This document shows positions 27,507 to 40,769 of a stretch of DNA of 64,000 bases, piece by piece. Position 1 is the first letter of the stretch. Every line of letters begins with the position of its first letter. Origin of the DNA: Octopus vulgaris (lineage: Eukaryota); assembly GCA_951406725.2 (NCBI GenBank), contig OX597823.1:90954001-91018000 (forward strand), read 5' to 3'. The notes beneath the pieces were generated by a model. It was not told where the DNA came from, did not search any database, and saw only the letters and a program-made list of their open reading frames with translations. Made by a program: the position numbers and the translations under genes.

Positions 27507-28265
27507 TACACCTATATGCACACACACACATACACACATACACACATACACACACATATATATACACAGATATATGCATGCATATATCTGTGTGTGTGTC
27601 TGTAGGTATGTATAGATAAACATACAGACATGTGCACACGCACAAACACACACGCAGACAAACACCGATATTTATGTTATATTTGAGAAAATGTTAAAAA
27701 TATAATAATTGGCACTAATACACTAGCTGTGCCAATCACCTCCAGGTTTAATGCAATTATCTAAGACTTAAGTGATCTAACAATCAGACAAGGGAGGGAG
27801 AAAAACAAGATATGTCATGACATACTTTTGGAACGTATTCTTCAAAGTCGATGAAAAGAATAACTGAGTCACAGACAGGTTATATTTACCATAATCACAA
27901 ATATCGAGCTGTCACTGTCTGATGAAGAGGAATTTGTCATTAGCATTAAGGATACAAGAAATGTGTGCTAAAGAAAGAAAATTATTTGAAGCAATTAGAT
28001 GAGAGGAAGGTTTTAAAGACTCCACTTTGAAAATGAGCTGATTTATTTTTTGTTTCAGTCATTAGACTGTGGTCATGCTGGGGCACCATCTTGAAGAATT
28101 TTTGTCAACAAAATCAACCCCAGGATGTATTTTTTTTAATGCCTGGTACTTATTGCTTCTGTTCCTTTTGCTGAACTGCTAGGTTATAGGGATGTAAACA
28201 AACCAACACCAGTTGTCAAGAGGTGGTAGGGGACAAACACACACACAAAGACTCATATACATATA

Positions 28266-28309
<44 letters not shown>

Positions 28310-28427
28310 TATATATATATATTTGGAAATAGCAGCCAAATCTTGACTCTAAAACCACATTAAATGTTCATACAGCACCAGGAGAGAAGACAAAAAGATG
28401 AATAAACTAGCAAAAAGTTACTGGATA

Positions 28428-28485
28428 ATTCCAGATCCTGGATTTCTGACTCTGCATTAGAAATGCTTTGCCTCATCAGTGGAAT
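28428..28485 (-). ncRNA. Type I hammerhead ribozyme motif with canonical core
   Basis: Minus strand: attcca CTGATGA ggc aaa gcatt tct aatgc aga gtc a GAAA tccagga TC tggaat. Perfect 6-bp stem I. Confidence 0.75.
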
Positions 28486-28557
28486 ATACACAGACAGTAC
28501 GTAAATACAAATATATATACATAACATATGAATACTTACATATCCTTATTTATATAA

Positions 28558-28603
<46 letters not shown>

Positions 28604-28634
28604 ACATGCACACATTTATATATAGGCATATATA

Positions 28635-29380
28635 TCATCGTCATTATTTAATGTCTGTTGTCCATACTAGCATGTGTTGGATGGTTTGACCAGGGCTGGT
28701 AACCTGAGGGGTTTCCCCAGATTCTAGTCTGATTTAACATGGTTTCTACAGCTGGATGCCCTTCCTAATGCCAACCACTCTGAGAGTGTAATGTGTGCTT
28801 TCACATGCCACCACATGGGTGCCAATTTCTGTGACACTGGTATCTGCTACAACTGCAATTTTGCATGGCTTGATGGGTCTTCTTTTCAAGCACGACATAA
28901 TGTCAAAGATCTCAGACATTGCCTCCATGAGGCCCAATACTCGAAACACTTTGCCTCTGTGAGGTCAATGCTCGAGAGGAATTCGACCACTTTGGCTCCG
29001 TGAGGCCTAACATTCAAAAGATGTTCTTTACATGCTACCAGCACAGGTGCACTTGGGTTGATGGGTCCTCTCAAGCACAACACATCGCCAAAGGCCTCGG
29101 TCACTAGTCATTGCCTCTGTGAGGCTTAAAGTTTGAAGATCGTGCTTCATCACATTGTTCCATGTTTTCCTGGGTCTACCTCTACCACAGGTTACCTCCA
29201 CAGTTAGAGATCAGCACTTCTTTACACAGCTGTCCTCGTCCATACACATCACATGACCATACCAGCGCAGTCATCTCTCTTGCACACTACATTTAATGTC
29301 TCTTATGCCTAACTTTTCTCTCAAGATGCTTACTCTCTCCAACAAACACACTGACATTGCACATCCAGTGAAGCATACGA
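28635..29380 (-). mobile_element. RTE LINE 3' region (end of ORF, 3' UTR and tail)
   Basis: 29140-29375 is homologous to 9520-9690 (WYGHV..M motif and a downstream GRPRKTW-like motif). Tail motif GCTGGATGCCCTTCCTAA at ~28751. Confidence 0.75.
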
Positions 29381-29400
29381 TATATATATATATATATATA

Positions 29401-29592
29401 TGGCACGTAAAAAACACCCACTACACTCGCGGAGTGGTTGGCGTTAGGAAGGGCATCCAGCCGTAGAAACACTGCCAAATCTGACTGGGCCTGATGAAGC
29501 CTTCCGGCTTCACAGACCCCAGTTAAACCGTCCAACCCATGCTAGCATGGAAAACGGACGCTAAATATGATGATGATGATGATGATGATGAT
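29401..29592 (+). mobile_element. RTE-type LINE 3' tail with (GAT)n
   Basis: GGCGTTAGGAAGGGCATCCAGCCGTAGAAAC...CCAACCCATGCTAGCATGGAAAACGGACG. Confidence 0.85.
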
Positions 29593-29898
29593 ATATATAT
29601 ATAAGTAAATAAATGGAGATGAACGAAGATGTTATTTAATTACTTATACTATACAAATTACTGCACATTAACCCGGAGTTTCTACCTTTGAATAGGTCGC
29701 TACATCCTTGTTACTTGCGTGAATTTTGCTACCCTGATAACTGTTTATTGAATTTTCCATGTTAACGGTAAACAAAGGATAATTCATTCATCCATTTATA
29801 TATATAAAGGGAAAGTATTACGAAAATAAACAAAAGACGAAGGCAGGTGGAGTACAAACAAACAAATGTATTAGTATAGCACTCAGGAATAGAAAAAC

Positions 29899-29936
29899 TC
29901 TTTTATGTTTCGAGCCTACGCTCTTCGACAGAAAGA
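29899..29936 (-). ncRNA. Hammerhead-like motif, CUGUNGA core variant (copy 1)
   Basis: tcttt CTGTCGA a gagc gtag gctc GAAA ca TA aaaga. Confidence 0.55.
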
Positions 29937-30703
29937 TACACAGAAAAAAAAAACAAGGAGAGAAAAAAAATGCGTGTAGGAGCTGACGATCTATCATGGC
30001 GTCCTGACTTCGGATATGTATATCTCAGGAATATTTTTTTACAATAAAGCAAACAAACAGGGTGTGCATTGCACTACATGTTTCAAGGGTTGAACTTTCC
30101 TGTATACTCAACTTTCATCTAACTTTTCTCCTTCTTGTATTCTTTCTGTTAAACCCTTAATCTCTGACTTTTTTCTAATCCTTCAATCCCGCTGCCCTCT
30201 ACCCATTTCTCCAGCTTCCATGTGACCAATGTCTGGCCAGCTATATTTCTTTTTTGGCCTGACTGCCAGCCACCAACACCTCTTATGTCCATCTCCTATG
30301 TTCCTGCCTTTAGGCTTTCACTTCATACACACCAGCTCAATTGGATTCATTCTCAGTCGTAATACACCTATTGTTATTTTCTTGTTGCTAGTATTCATAA
30401 ATGTGTACCATGTTTCCCGTTTTTTGTCTTTTTGTGTACCATGTTCTCCATTTTTTGTCTTTGCTAGCTTTCTTACATAGGGGTCTAATGTTTTTAGCTT
30501 AGACTTTTTTGGGGACAACCAGATCGAACCATTTCAAGTGTAACTACATGAAATGACCGTGACTTCTGGTACTTGACTGATGAAAGAAAGCCAAGAATGA
30601 CCCGTCTTTTTTTGCCTGTTCTTCTAATTGTTGTTTCTCTTTTCTGCCTTTGTATCATCTATCTGTCTGAATGTTTTATTGTCCTCTATTGCACTTTTGC
30701 TCC

Positions 30704-30751
<48 letters not shown>

Positions 30752-30778
30752 ATCTCTCTCTGATTATTTTCTCTCATT

Positions 30779-30816
30779 CTTTTCTGTTGAAGAGTGTATG
30801 CTCGAAATGTAAAAGA
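30779..30816 (+). ncRNA. Hammerhead-like motif, CUGUNGA core variant (copy 2)
   Basis: ctttt CTGTTGA a gagt gtat gctc GAAA tg TA aaaga. Confidence 0.5.
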
Positions 30817-31849
30817 CTTCATTTTTCCCGAATGTCAAACTAATACATTTGCTTGTTGTTCCTACACCTGTCCTCATCTTTTGTTTTTCTATAAATTTCA
30901 ACTATATATATATATAAGAGTGTATAAAAAATTTTATACACAGAGAGGAGATCTTTGACTGGACTCCATACATGCTAGAAAGTACAGTTAAAACTCAAAC
31001 CACGAAAAAAGAAAGAATTCACGAGGCACACTGTTATAACACTAGAACGAAAAAAAAAAGAAATTGGTTAATCCCAACCTCGAATTTCACTATTAATTGC
31101 CAAATAAACTAATTTGTAAGTTGTAGATCGTCGGTGAGATCACTGATTAATGAATAATTATGTAGCTGCAAATATGTACCAAAAATGCATGTGCAAGACA
31201 GCTACATCTTTATCCATTGTGGATAATAGTAATTATATATATTTATATGTCTTTTATTTTCCACTCGTATGGTTTTGGTCAGCATGGGGCTATAAGTAGA
31301 AGACACTTTCTCAAAATGTCAGGCAGCAGGACTGAACTTGGGACCTTGTGGTCGGAAAACAAACTTCTTACCTCACAGCCAAGCTTTGATGTGATTAGAC
31401 TGCATGGAAAATGTGTATTTGCTCGGGTGTTTGTGTTTTATAGGTGGAAGTAGCTTTGTCCCTGAGTGTGTGTATTAATGCAAGTATAAACGTGTGCATA
31501 TATAACGGTGTATGATAACAAGTAAATATTAGGTATAGAAAACAAGAATCCTTTGGATAGAAAATGCCAAAGGCTGGCTGTGGGATTTGAACCTATATTT
31601 TTTGTAGGCAAGACAGGCATGCCAAGGGACAGAGTTCAAATCTTACCAAGATCAATTTTGCCCTTCATCCTTTTCAACATGAGAACTGCTGGAGCACCCT
31701 CTCCTCAAAATTCCTGGCCCCATGATGTCTCCCCTCTACATCACAGAGAAATACCCAAAATTCACTTATTTGTTCTTATAGCTGCCATTTTCTTTCTCAC
31801 ATGGGGCAATTTCTCGAAACAGATGGTGAGGTAGAGGCAAAAATACATA

Positions 31850-31923
31850 AGTGATAGTGACAATGATGATGGTGATAATGATGATGATGTTCAAAGATAA
31901 TGATGATGGTGACGATGATGATG

Positions 31924-31955
<32 letters not shown>

Positions 31956-33214
31956 GATGATGACGATGATGATGATGACGATGATGATGATGAGAGTGAT
32001 GATGATGATGATGATGATAATGATGGTGATGATGATGATGATGATGATGAGAGTGATGATGATGATAATGATGGTGATGATGATGATGAGAGTGATGATG
32101 ATGATGATGATGATGACAATGATGGTGATGATGGCTGTGATGATGGTGATTGTAGTGCTGTTGATAAGTGATGACAATGACGATTATAATGATAATGATG
32201 CTGATAATCATCACGACGATGATGATGATGATGATGATGATGATGACAACAGCAATGATGAGGATGGCACTAGTGGCTAGCGGTGGTGGTGATGAAGATG
32301 ATGGTGGTGATAGTACTGAGTTTGAGCAGGATGATGTTGATGATGATGATGATGGTTATTATGAACGTGATATAAATGGTAGACATGTTAGTAATGATGG
32401 CTGGCATGAGGGCAATAGTAGCCCCCTCCTCTTCTTCTTCCCCATTCGCTATCATCGTCCTCATTACCATCCTCCTCCTCTTTCTCCTCATGATCATCAT
32501 CATCGCCATCTTCATTATCATCATCAAAGTGGTCATTGTCATTACCATATTCACCATTACCATCACCATCATCATCATCATCATCACCATCATCATTATC
32601 ATCATCATCACCATGATTGTCATCATCATCATCATCATCTTCATCATCATCCTCATAAACATGTATAATTATCATCATGATCATCATTATCATACTCATC
32701 ATCATCATCATCCTCCTTACCATCATCATCATCTGACTGCTTCTTCTGCAGTAGTTGATGATGATGATGTTGATGCTGATATGATGGTGGGTAGAGAGGT
32801 AAAGAGCAAGGAAAATAGTAAAGGACACAGAAAGAGGAGTAAGTGGAAGAGTAGGAGGAGGAAAAGAGAAGAGTAGTAGGAGAGAAAGTGAGAGGAGAAG
32901 GAGTTTTGGCAACAAGGGATGTAGTAAGGGTTGAGGTTGAACCAAAGGGGATGGTGTTGTGATGCAGATGCTGATGGCAGGCAGGATCAATATTGGTCAT
33001 AAAACGATGATCAAATTACATGACAGGGATCTGTCTAATGAGAATCAAAATATTTATAGTGATGATGATGATGATGAGAGTGATGATGACGATGATAGTG
33101 ATGATGATGATAGTGACGATGGTGGTGATGATGATGATGATGGCAATGATGATGGTGATGATGGTGATGAAGATGACAATGATGATGATGATGGTGATGA
33201 TGATGGTGATGATG

Positions 33215-33245
<31 letters not shown>

Positions 33246-33553
33246 CGATGATGATGATGATGATTATGATGACGATGATGATGATGATGATGCCAGTGAT
33301 GATGATGATGATGATGATGATGGTGATGATAATAATAATGATGACGACGACAATGAAGATGATGATGATGATGGTGATAATGATGGTGACAATGGTGATG
33401 ATGATGATGGTGATGATGATGTTGATGATGATGATGGTAATGATGATGATGATAATGACGATGATGATGATGATGATGATGGTGATGATGGTGACAATGG
33501 TGATGATGATGACGATGATGATGATGATGATGATGACGGTGATGATGGTGATG

Positions 33554-33585
<32 letters not shown>

Positions 33586-33739
33586 GATGACAGTGATGAT
33601 GGTGATGATGATGGTGATGATGGTGATGAAGATGACAATGATGATGATGACGGTGATGATGGTGATGATGATGGTGACAATGGGGATGATGATAACGATG
33701 ATAGTGATGATGATGATAGTGATAATGATGATAGAGATG

Positions 33740-33771
<32 letters not shown>

Positions 33772-34947
33772 GATGGTAGTGGTGGAGGTGGTGGTGGAGG
33801 TGGTGGTGGAGGTGGTGGTGGAGGTGGTGGTGGTTATGATGATGATGATGATAATGATGGTGATGATAGTGATGGTGGTGGTGATGATGATGGTGGTGAT
33901 AATGGTGATGATGGTGATGATGATAACGATGATGATGATGATGATGATGATGATGACGGTGATGATGAGGATGATGATGATGGTGATGATGACGGTGATG
34001 ATGATGACAGTGATGATGACGATGATGGTGATGATGATGATAGTGATGGTGGTGGTGATGATGATGATGGGGATGATGGAGTGATGATGATATGGTGGCG
34101 ATGATGATGATGATGATGATGATGATGTTGGTGCTGGGGTGGGGGAGCAGGAGTGAAGGTGGTGGTGATTATATTAATGGTGATGACGGTTTTGATGATG
34201 ATGATGATAATGATGGCAGTGGTGATTGCAGAGTTAATGATGCTAATGATGACAGGGATAATTGCAGGGATAATGTTGATGATGATTATGATGGTGATGG
34301 ATTAGGTGATGATAATGCAATAATGTTGTTAATAATGAAGAGGATAATGAAGGGGATGATCGTGATTGTTATCCTGAAGATGATGATGATGAGAATAATG
34401 ATTATGATGATGGTGAAGATGGAGTTGATGGTGGGTGTGATGGTTGTGATGGCTATGGAGAATTTTTGATGATGAGGATGGCAGTGGGGAAGAGGTGGGA
34501 TACAGGATGAGGAGATGGGGTAAAGAGGAGGAATATGATGAAGAGGGGATGAAGGAAAATGAAGAGGAGGAGGAAGAGAAGGAAGAGTAAGAATAAGAGT
34601 AAGTGGGAGATGATGAGGTGTAGAAGGAGTAAGAAGATTAAGAGGAGAAGGAGGAGGTGTAGTAACAATAAGAATAAAAAGAGGAGGAGGAGGAGGAGGT
34701 GTAAGAAAAGCAGCAAGAAGAGGAGTAGAAGGAGTAAGAAGATTAAGGGGCAGGGGAGAGAAAGAAGAGGAGAAGGAGGGGTCAGAAAAATGTAACAAAA
34801 TTGAAGAAAATGACGATGCTGCAGTTGATAATGAAGATGATGATGATGATGACGGTGATGATGATTATGATGGTGATGGTGTTGATGGTGATGGTGTTAA
34901 TTATATGATTATGATGGTGATGGTGTTGATGGTGGTAATGATGGTGG

Positions 34948-35010
<63 letters not shown>

Positions 35011-35835
35011 CGGTGATGATGATGACGGTGATGATGATGACAAGGAGGATGGTGGTGATAATGATGATGATGATAGCGATGATGATGATGATGATGGTGA
35101 AGGTGTTGTTGATGGTGAGGATAATGACGACAATGAAGATGAAGATGATGATGACGATGATGATGATGACAGCAACGACGATGATGCTGCAAGTTTATAA
35201 TAATTATGCAAGGTGCGTAATTCTAATTATATTTGTAAAGTTGGTGCCAGTTTGAGAGAACGGTTAGATTTCTTTATTCCTTAAAGATACAAGCATCAAT
35301 GCATGCATGCATCTTGATGTTCATAGATGTGCAGTTATCTGCATATATGCACAGCGTTTTCATTATGAGTTTTCCTTTTCTTTTTTTTTCTGTTCTTTTC
35401 CTCTTTATTTCTCACAGATTCGGTGACGCTGCTGATGACTCCTTTCATTTGCGATATCGGTTTTAATATTCCAGCTGGGGATCACGTAATGATAATTGAT
35501 GAAGCGCAAGTGAGACCCAAGGCTCGGGTTATGAACGATGAAGAAAGCGCGAGGCAGGTAATCGTAATTATGACATTAACACCAAAACAACCGCCGTCAT
35601 CACCAGTGCTGCCATCATCATGATCATCATCAGCAGCAGCATCATCACTACCATCGTCATTGTTATCATCATCATCACCACAATTGTCATCATCATCACT
35701 ATCATCACCATCATCAGTATCATCAGCATCACCATCAACACCATCATTGTCATCATCACTATTATTGTCATCATCATAATAAGTAAGATTCATCAGAATT
35801 ATTACCATCGTCATCAGCATCTTCAGCATCATCAC

Positions 35836-35873
<38 letters not shown>

Positions 35874-36005
35874 CCACCATCATTGTCATCATAGACATCA
35901 CCGTCATCATCATCATCATTATCATTGTCATCATCACCATCATCATCACCACCATCTTAACCATGATCATCATCACCATCATCTCCATCATCACTATCAT
36001 CGCCG

Positions 36006-36041
<36 letters not shown>

Positions 36042-36090
36042 CCATCATCATCACCACCATCATTATCAAAGTCATCATCACCATCATCAT
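31850..36090. repeat. ~4 kb field of (GAT)n/(CAT)n/(GGA)n arrays alternating in strand
   Basis: Seen directly; the longest tract is 33060-34130. Confidence 0.95.
35418..35557 (+). CDS. Candidate internal coding exon of an unidentified host gene (SVTLLMTPFICDIGFNIPAGDHVMIIDEAQVRPKARVMNDEESARQ)
   Basis: Long polypyrimidine tract ending CTCACAG, a 140-nt open non-repetitive segment, and donor CAG|GTAATC. Confidence 0.55.
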
Positions 36091-36174
36091 GTCTTTTATA
36101 AAATTATTTTAGCATTTTCTACCTTGACTTTATTTCCATTTATATCAACTCGTGTGTTCCTTTTCAACAAGAAT

Positions 36175-37556
36175 GTACCCCACAACATAGACTAGTTGTT
36201 AGCAACTTCAGGATCAGGGATAAATGGATGCCCAGAAGATGACCAGCATGGAGGAGAAGGGTCTGGAAGCTTAAAGATCCTGCAAATGGATACAGATTTA
36301 GGGACACATTACTCAAAGCCTTTGACGAAATAGAAGGGGATATAGCTTTAGACGATGTGGAAATCAACTGGAGATTTTTACAGGACAACCAGCTGAGGGC
36401 CACTGACCAGATCTGTGGATGGTGCAAAGTCCTCTCTCGACCCAAAATAATGTGGTGGTGGAACAATATTGTTGACAGGGCTATTAAAGAAAAGAAACAG
36501 GCTTGGAAGGACTGGAAGAACAGTGGTAGCAGGGAATTGTATCAGACTGCCAGAAGGGAAGCTAGGTTTATTTAGCCAGAGGGGAAGCAGATAAGAAAAA
36601 ATATGCCAATGTTCTGTGCCACGAGGACCAAAGACACGAGGTATTTCGTGTTGCAAGACACTGTATGAGAGAGAATTGTGATGATGTAGGAGAGAAATGT
36701 GTCTTTATGGATGATGGTTCACTTGCATTAAACGAGACTGCAAAGAAAGAGGTATGGAGATGCCACTATGAAAGGTTGCTCAATAAAGAGAGTGAATGGG
36801 AGAAAGAGAGTCAGTCAAATGTCGATCCAATAGAGGGACCAGCTATTCAAATTGACAGTACCTTGGTAGATAAAGCAATTAAGAGTATGAAGACAGGGAA
36901 AGCCCCCGGCCCATCAGGAATCACTGCAGAGATACTTAAAATATCTGGCATTGTCAGCTATAGCCTAGTCACCCAAATAGTTAACCAGGTGATACACGAA
37001 GGAGTCATACCCAATGACTGGTGTAGCAGCACCTTAGTCAACTGTTACAAAGGTAAAGTGACGCTTTAGATACAAAAAATTACAGAGGTATCAAGTTGTT
37101 GGATCAGGTAATGAAGGTCATGGAGAGGGTCATAGCCCAACTAATTAGGGAGAGAGTCAGTTTAGATGAGATGCAGTTTGGGTTTGTGCCAGGAAAAAGC
37201 ACCACTGATGCTATATTTCTGGTAAAACAGCTGCAGGAGAAATACCTAGCCAAAGACAAACCTCTGTACCAGGCTTTTGTTAATATGGAGAAAGCCTTTG
37301 ACAGGGTCCCTCGATCCTTTATCTGGTGGTCAATGCAGAAACTATGGATAGATGAATGGATAGTGAGAGCTGCGCATGCCATGTATAGGGATGCTGTCAG
37401 TAAGGTGAGGATTGGCAACGAGTGGAGTACATCCAACTGTAGAAACTCTGCCAGATCAGATTGGAGCCCAGTGGAGCTATCTGGTTTGCTAGTCCCCAGT
37501 CAAATATTCCAACCCATGCCAGCATGGAAAGTGGATCTTAAACGATGATGATGATG
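36175..37556 (+). pseudogene. RTE-clade LINE, frameshifted ORF (linker plus N-terminal RT), internally deleted and joined to its 3' tail
   Basis: MKTGKAPGPSGITAE, IPNDWCSSTLVNCYKGK, QFGFVPGKSTTDAIF, FVNMEKAFDRVPR. Tail 37428-37556 ends in (GAT)n. Confidence 0.9.
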
Positions 37557-38257
37557 TCCATTAGTTTTCCTGCAATCATAACTCTTTATAGGCAACTATT
37601 TATTTTTTTGTGCAGGATCCCAAATGGAGGATAAGACACAGAGACCCAAGTCTGAGGAGTTTAAAATAAATCAAAGGAGAAGTGCCATCACAAAGTCCAC
37701 TTTTTACTTGTGCTTGGACCCTCATCATAAATAGAACAGTATCTTCAAATCAAAACCGAGAGATTTGCTGAAGCTTTCAGGCAATTTGAGATGACAAGTA
37801 ATGTCACTAAAATACATGTTCGCATCTCATTAGCAACAGAATATGGCCATTAGCAGCTAAATCTTAATGAGGTTAATAATCGTATTCTGATGAAGAAACT
37901 GATATTCATATAACTGGGCAGGAATTGATAACATAGAGTCACATTTAATTGTTTGTATGTGTCCTACTTTAGGCCTTCAGGTTGCATAATGTAAATGTTA
38001 GTACACTGATGGGGATGGACAGTTCTTAAATAAAGTCTTTTTCTTTAAATCTGATGAAAGAAAGAATGAAGAAGAGAGAGAAGGAAATAGGGTGTGTGTA
38101 TGTGAGTGTGTATACAAATTCAGCCATGTACACACACAAACAGACATTCACATCACACACACATGCCCACACAAACACACGCACACAGACATCTAAACAT
38201 GTGTGTGTGTTTGTGTGTGTGCATGAGTGTACATATATATATATATATATCTATGTA

Positions 38258-38291
<34 letters not shown>

Positions 38292-38391
38292 ACATATTCG
38301 TACATGCAACTACATATCTCTCTCTCTCTCTTTCTAAATATATGTACTTTTATACGAATGATATACATAGGCAGCTTTATATATATATATA

Positions 38392-38425
<34 letters not shown>

Positions 38426-38841
38426 CGTCTCTACCTTCAAGTCCATGTTTATACGTGACCACACACAATATATCTTTCTGCAAAGATATCTTCGGCAGGC
38501 GAAGGTGTTTGTAAATGTATCGTAGCTGTGAACTTCCAGCGATGAATGATCAATTACAGACCTTACTCTCACCTTATCTGACCTTTCATCTGACCTTCGA
38601 CACCAGCCGACCTTTCAACACACTCAACACTAACAACAACAACAACAACAACAGCAGCAGCTCTTCAGTTGCTGCAGTTTTAATGTAAATATTCTCTCTT
38701 CCGTCTTGTCACATTATCTTCGGTTCTATGTCTACACGTCCAGTATACAAGGGATTGCATGAAATGACTGGTGGAAAAACGCAGCCAAGTGATCGGTGCA
38801 GCAGGTTGTTTCCAATACTTGGTATATTGTTGTGTTTCACG

Positions 38842-39010
38842 GAGGCACATGGGTTAGTGGTAAGGGGTGTTGAACTCATGATCACAAGATTGTGGTTCCG
38901 ATTCCTGGATCGAGTGATGTGTTGTGTCCTTGAGCAAGACACTTCATTTCATGTCGCTCCAGTTCATTTGACCAGCAAAAAAGAGTGATCCTGCGGTGGA
39001 CCAGTCTGGT
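38842..39010 (+). mobile_element. SINE family D, 5' part
   Basis: GGCACATGGGTTAGTGGTAAGG...GGTTCCGATTCC...GTGTCCTTGAGCAAGACAC. Confidence 0.7.
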
Positions 39011-39429
39011 GCCAGACCAGAGAAACCAGGAATATGCTTGGCCACTGGTTTAAATTGATCTTAATTTAATATCAAATTTTTACCCTTATTATTTAAATTT
39101 ATATATATGTCCTGTTATTCGTATTTGTGTAACATTCTCCATTTTTGCCCCATCCATGTTTTTGTATACATTTGCTGCTTTCTTCCAAGGAATCTAGTGC
39201 TCTTAGCTAAGTTTTTGGGGGTGCTGGTCAGATTGGAGCAATCTCGAGTATAACCAGCCGAAATTGCAAAGAAAATCTGGAACTTGACTGAGGATAGGAA
39301 AATCCGAATGACCCGTCCTTGTTTTCTTTGTATTAGCTGTCTGGAAGTTTTGCGTTCTTGTCTCATTTTGTATTTTTTATATATAAAAAAATATAGTGGC
39401 GTACATACACTTAGGTCTCTTATATGTAA

Positions 39430-39467
<38 letters not shown>

Positions 39468-39557
39468 AGAATTTACGAAAAAAAACAACAAAAAACGAAG
39501 ACAGGTGGTGTACAAAACAAACAGATGTATTAGTATAACACTCAGGAATAGAAAAAG

Positions 39558-39594
39558 TCTTTTATGTTTCGAGCCTACACTCTTCTACAGAAAG
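39558..39594 (-). ncRNA. Hammerhead-like motif, CUGUNGA core variant (copy 3)
   Basis: cttt CTGTAGA a gagt gtag gctc GAAA ca TA aaaga. Flanks 39463-39620 are homologous to 29805-29970. Confidence 0.55.
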
Positions 39595-39699
39595 GGACAC
39601 AGAAAAAAGGAGAGAAAAAAAGATATATATAAAATATATATATATATATATATGCAAATATTCTATAATTATGCTTATAATTACTATTATTATTATTAT

Positions 39700-40225
39700 T
39701 GAGTGAGAGTGCAGCACTCACCTCCAAAGTGACACGGGGGTTCAAATATATGAAACCCAATATACCCATTATGACTACCCACCTGATAAGAGTACACCAG
39801 GTATATGCATCATAAACATATATGCATGGCATGGCCACCTCACATCATGATAAATACCACGTGACCTTGCAGGTGGGGCTTGGTTAGGATTTTATTTTGG
39901 CTGAGTAGCGCATCCTGTTCAAAAGGTCCCTGAAAAGGATTGTTTAAGGATGATGAATGAAACACAAATATTTCCAGAGGTGAATTATTTAAACCCTAAA
40001 GAATCCCTCTCATCACATGGCTATGATGTTCCGCCACTACTTCTGCTCATGATCAGAGATCACATCATCAGCTACCAAGGGACATGCTCAACTGGTTATG
40101 GCCAAACAACTGAGAAGCAAGTCTGTGGTATTGAACAGAATACTCTAAGACAAAACATGTACATGAAAATACTTCCAATCATTTAAGACCAGAAGCCAAG
40201 AGGGCCGGTGCCTGGTACTGCATCA
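39700..40225 (-). mobile_element. ~530 bp non-coding element bounded by (TAA)n (family E)
   Basis: Reverse complement of 42403-42950, preceded on the plus strand by (TTA)n. Confidence 0.75.
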
Positions 40226-40769
40226 ATATTATTTTGAATTGTGCTCAAGTCTGTAGATTAATTTCTGGAGAATTTCACAAAAATTGAATTACTTTGCAAG
40301 TGTCTTCTTGCACAGAATTATCTCTTAAAGCTAGGGAGTGTCTTTTCATTTATCATTTTCGCTGTTTTATTTATAGAAAATAAACACAATTTTTAAGAAT
40401 GTATATTCTTTGCAGCAGACATTTAACACAAAATGTCAACCAGACACACCCTCTTTCTCTTATCACACAAAAAAACATTTCCATAGATAAGACTCAAAAA
40501 TGATTATAAATAAAATATAAACGAAAATTATTAATAAAAATAAGTGCAGACATGGCTGTGTGGTAAGAAGTTTGCTTTTCAACCATGTGGTTCCAAGTTC
40601 AATCCCTTTGCATGGAACGTTATGAGTGTCAATCTTACAGCATATTCATAAAACCTTATCTCTCCTGTATTGAATTTTTCTTTTTTATTGTTCATGACTT
40701 CTACAATATCTGTCTGTCTGTCCAAAAGACATTAACCCTTGGAAGTAAAGTATGAATGAGAGCAACCAG

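Noticed and set aside
27915-27970. CTGATGA...GAAA on the plus strand
   Set aside because: No stem II or stem I complementarity; expected by chance in AT-rich DNA.
32959-34104. 381-aa poly-Asp ORF resembling an acidic biomineralisation protein
   Set aside because: It is a (GAT)n microsatellite open in several frames on both strands, with no signal peptide or splice support. Identical arrays occur throughout the window.
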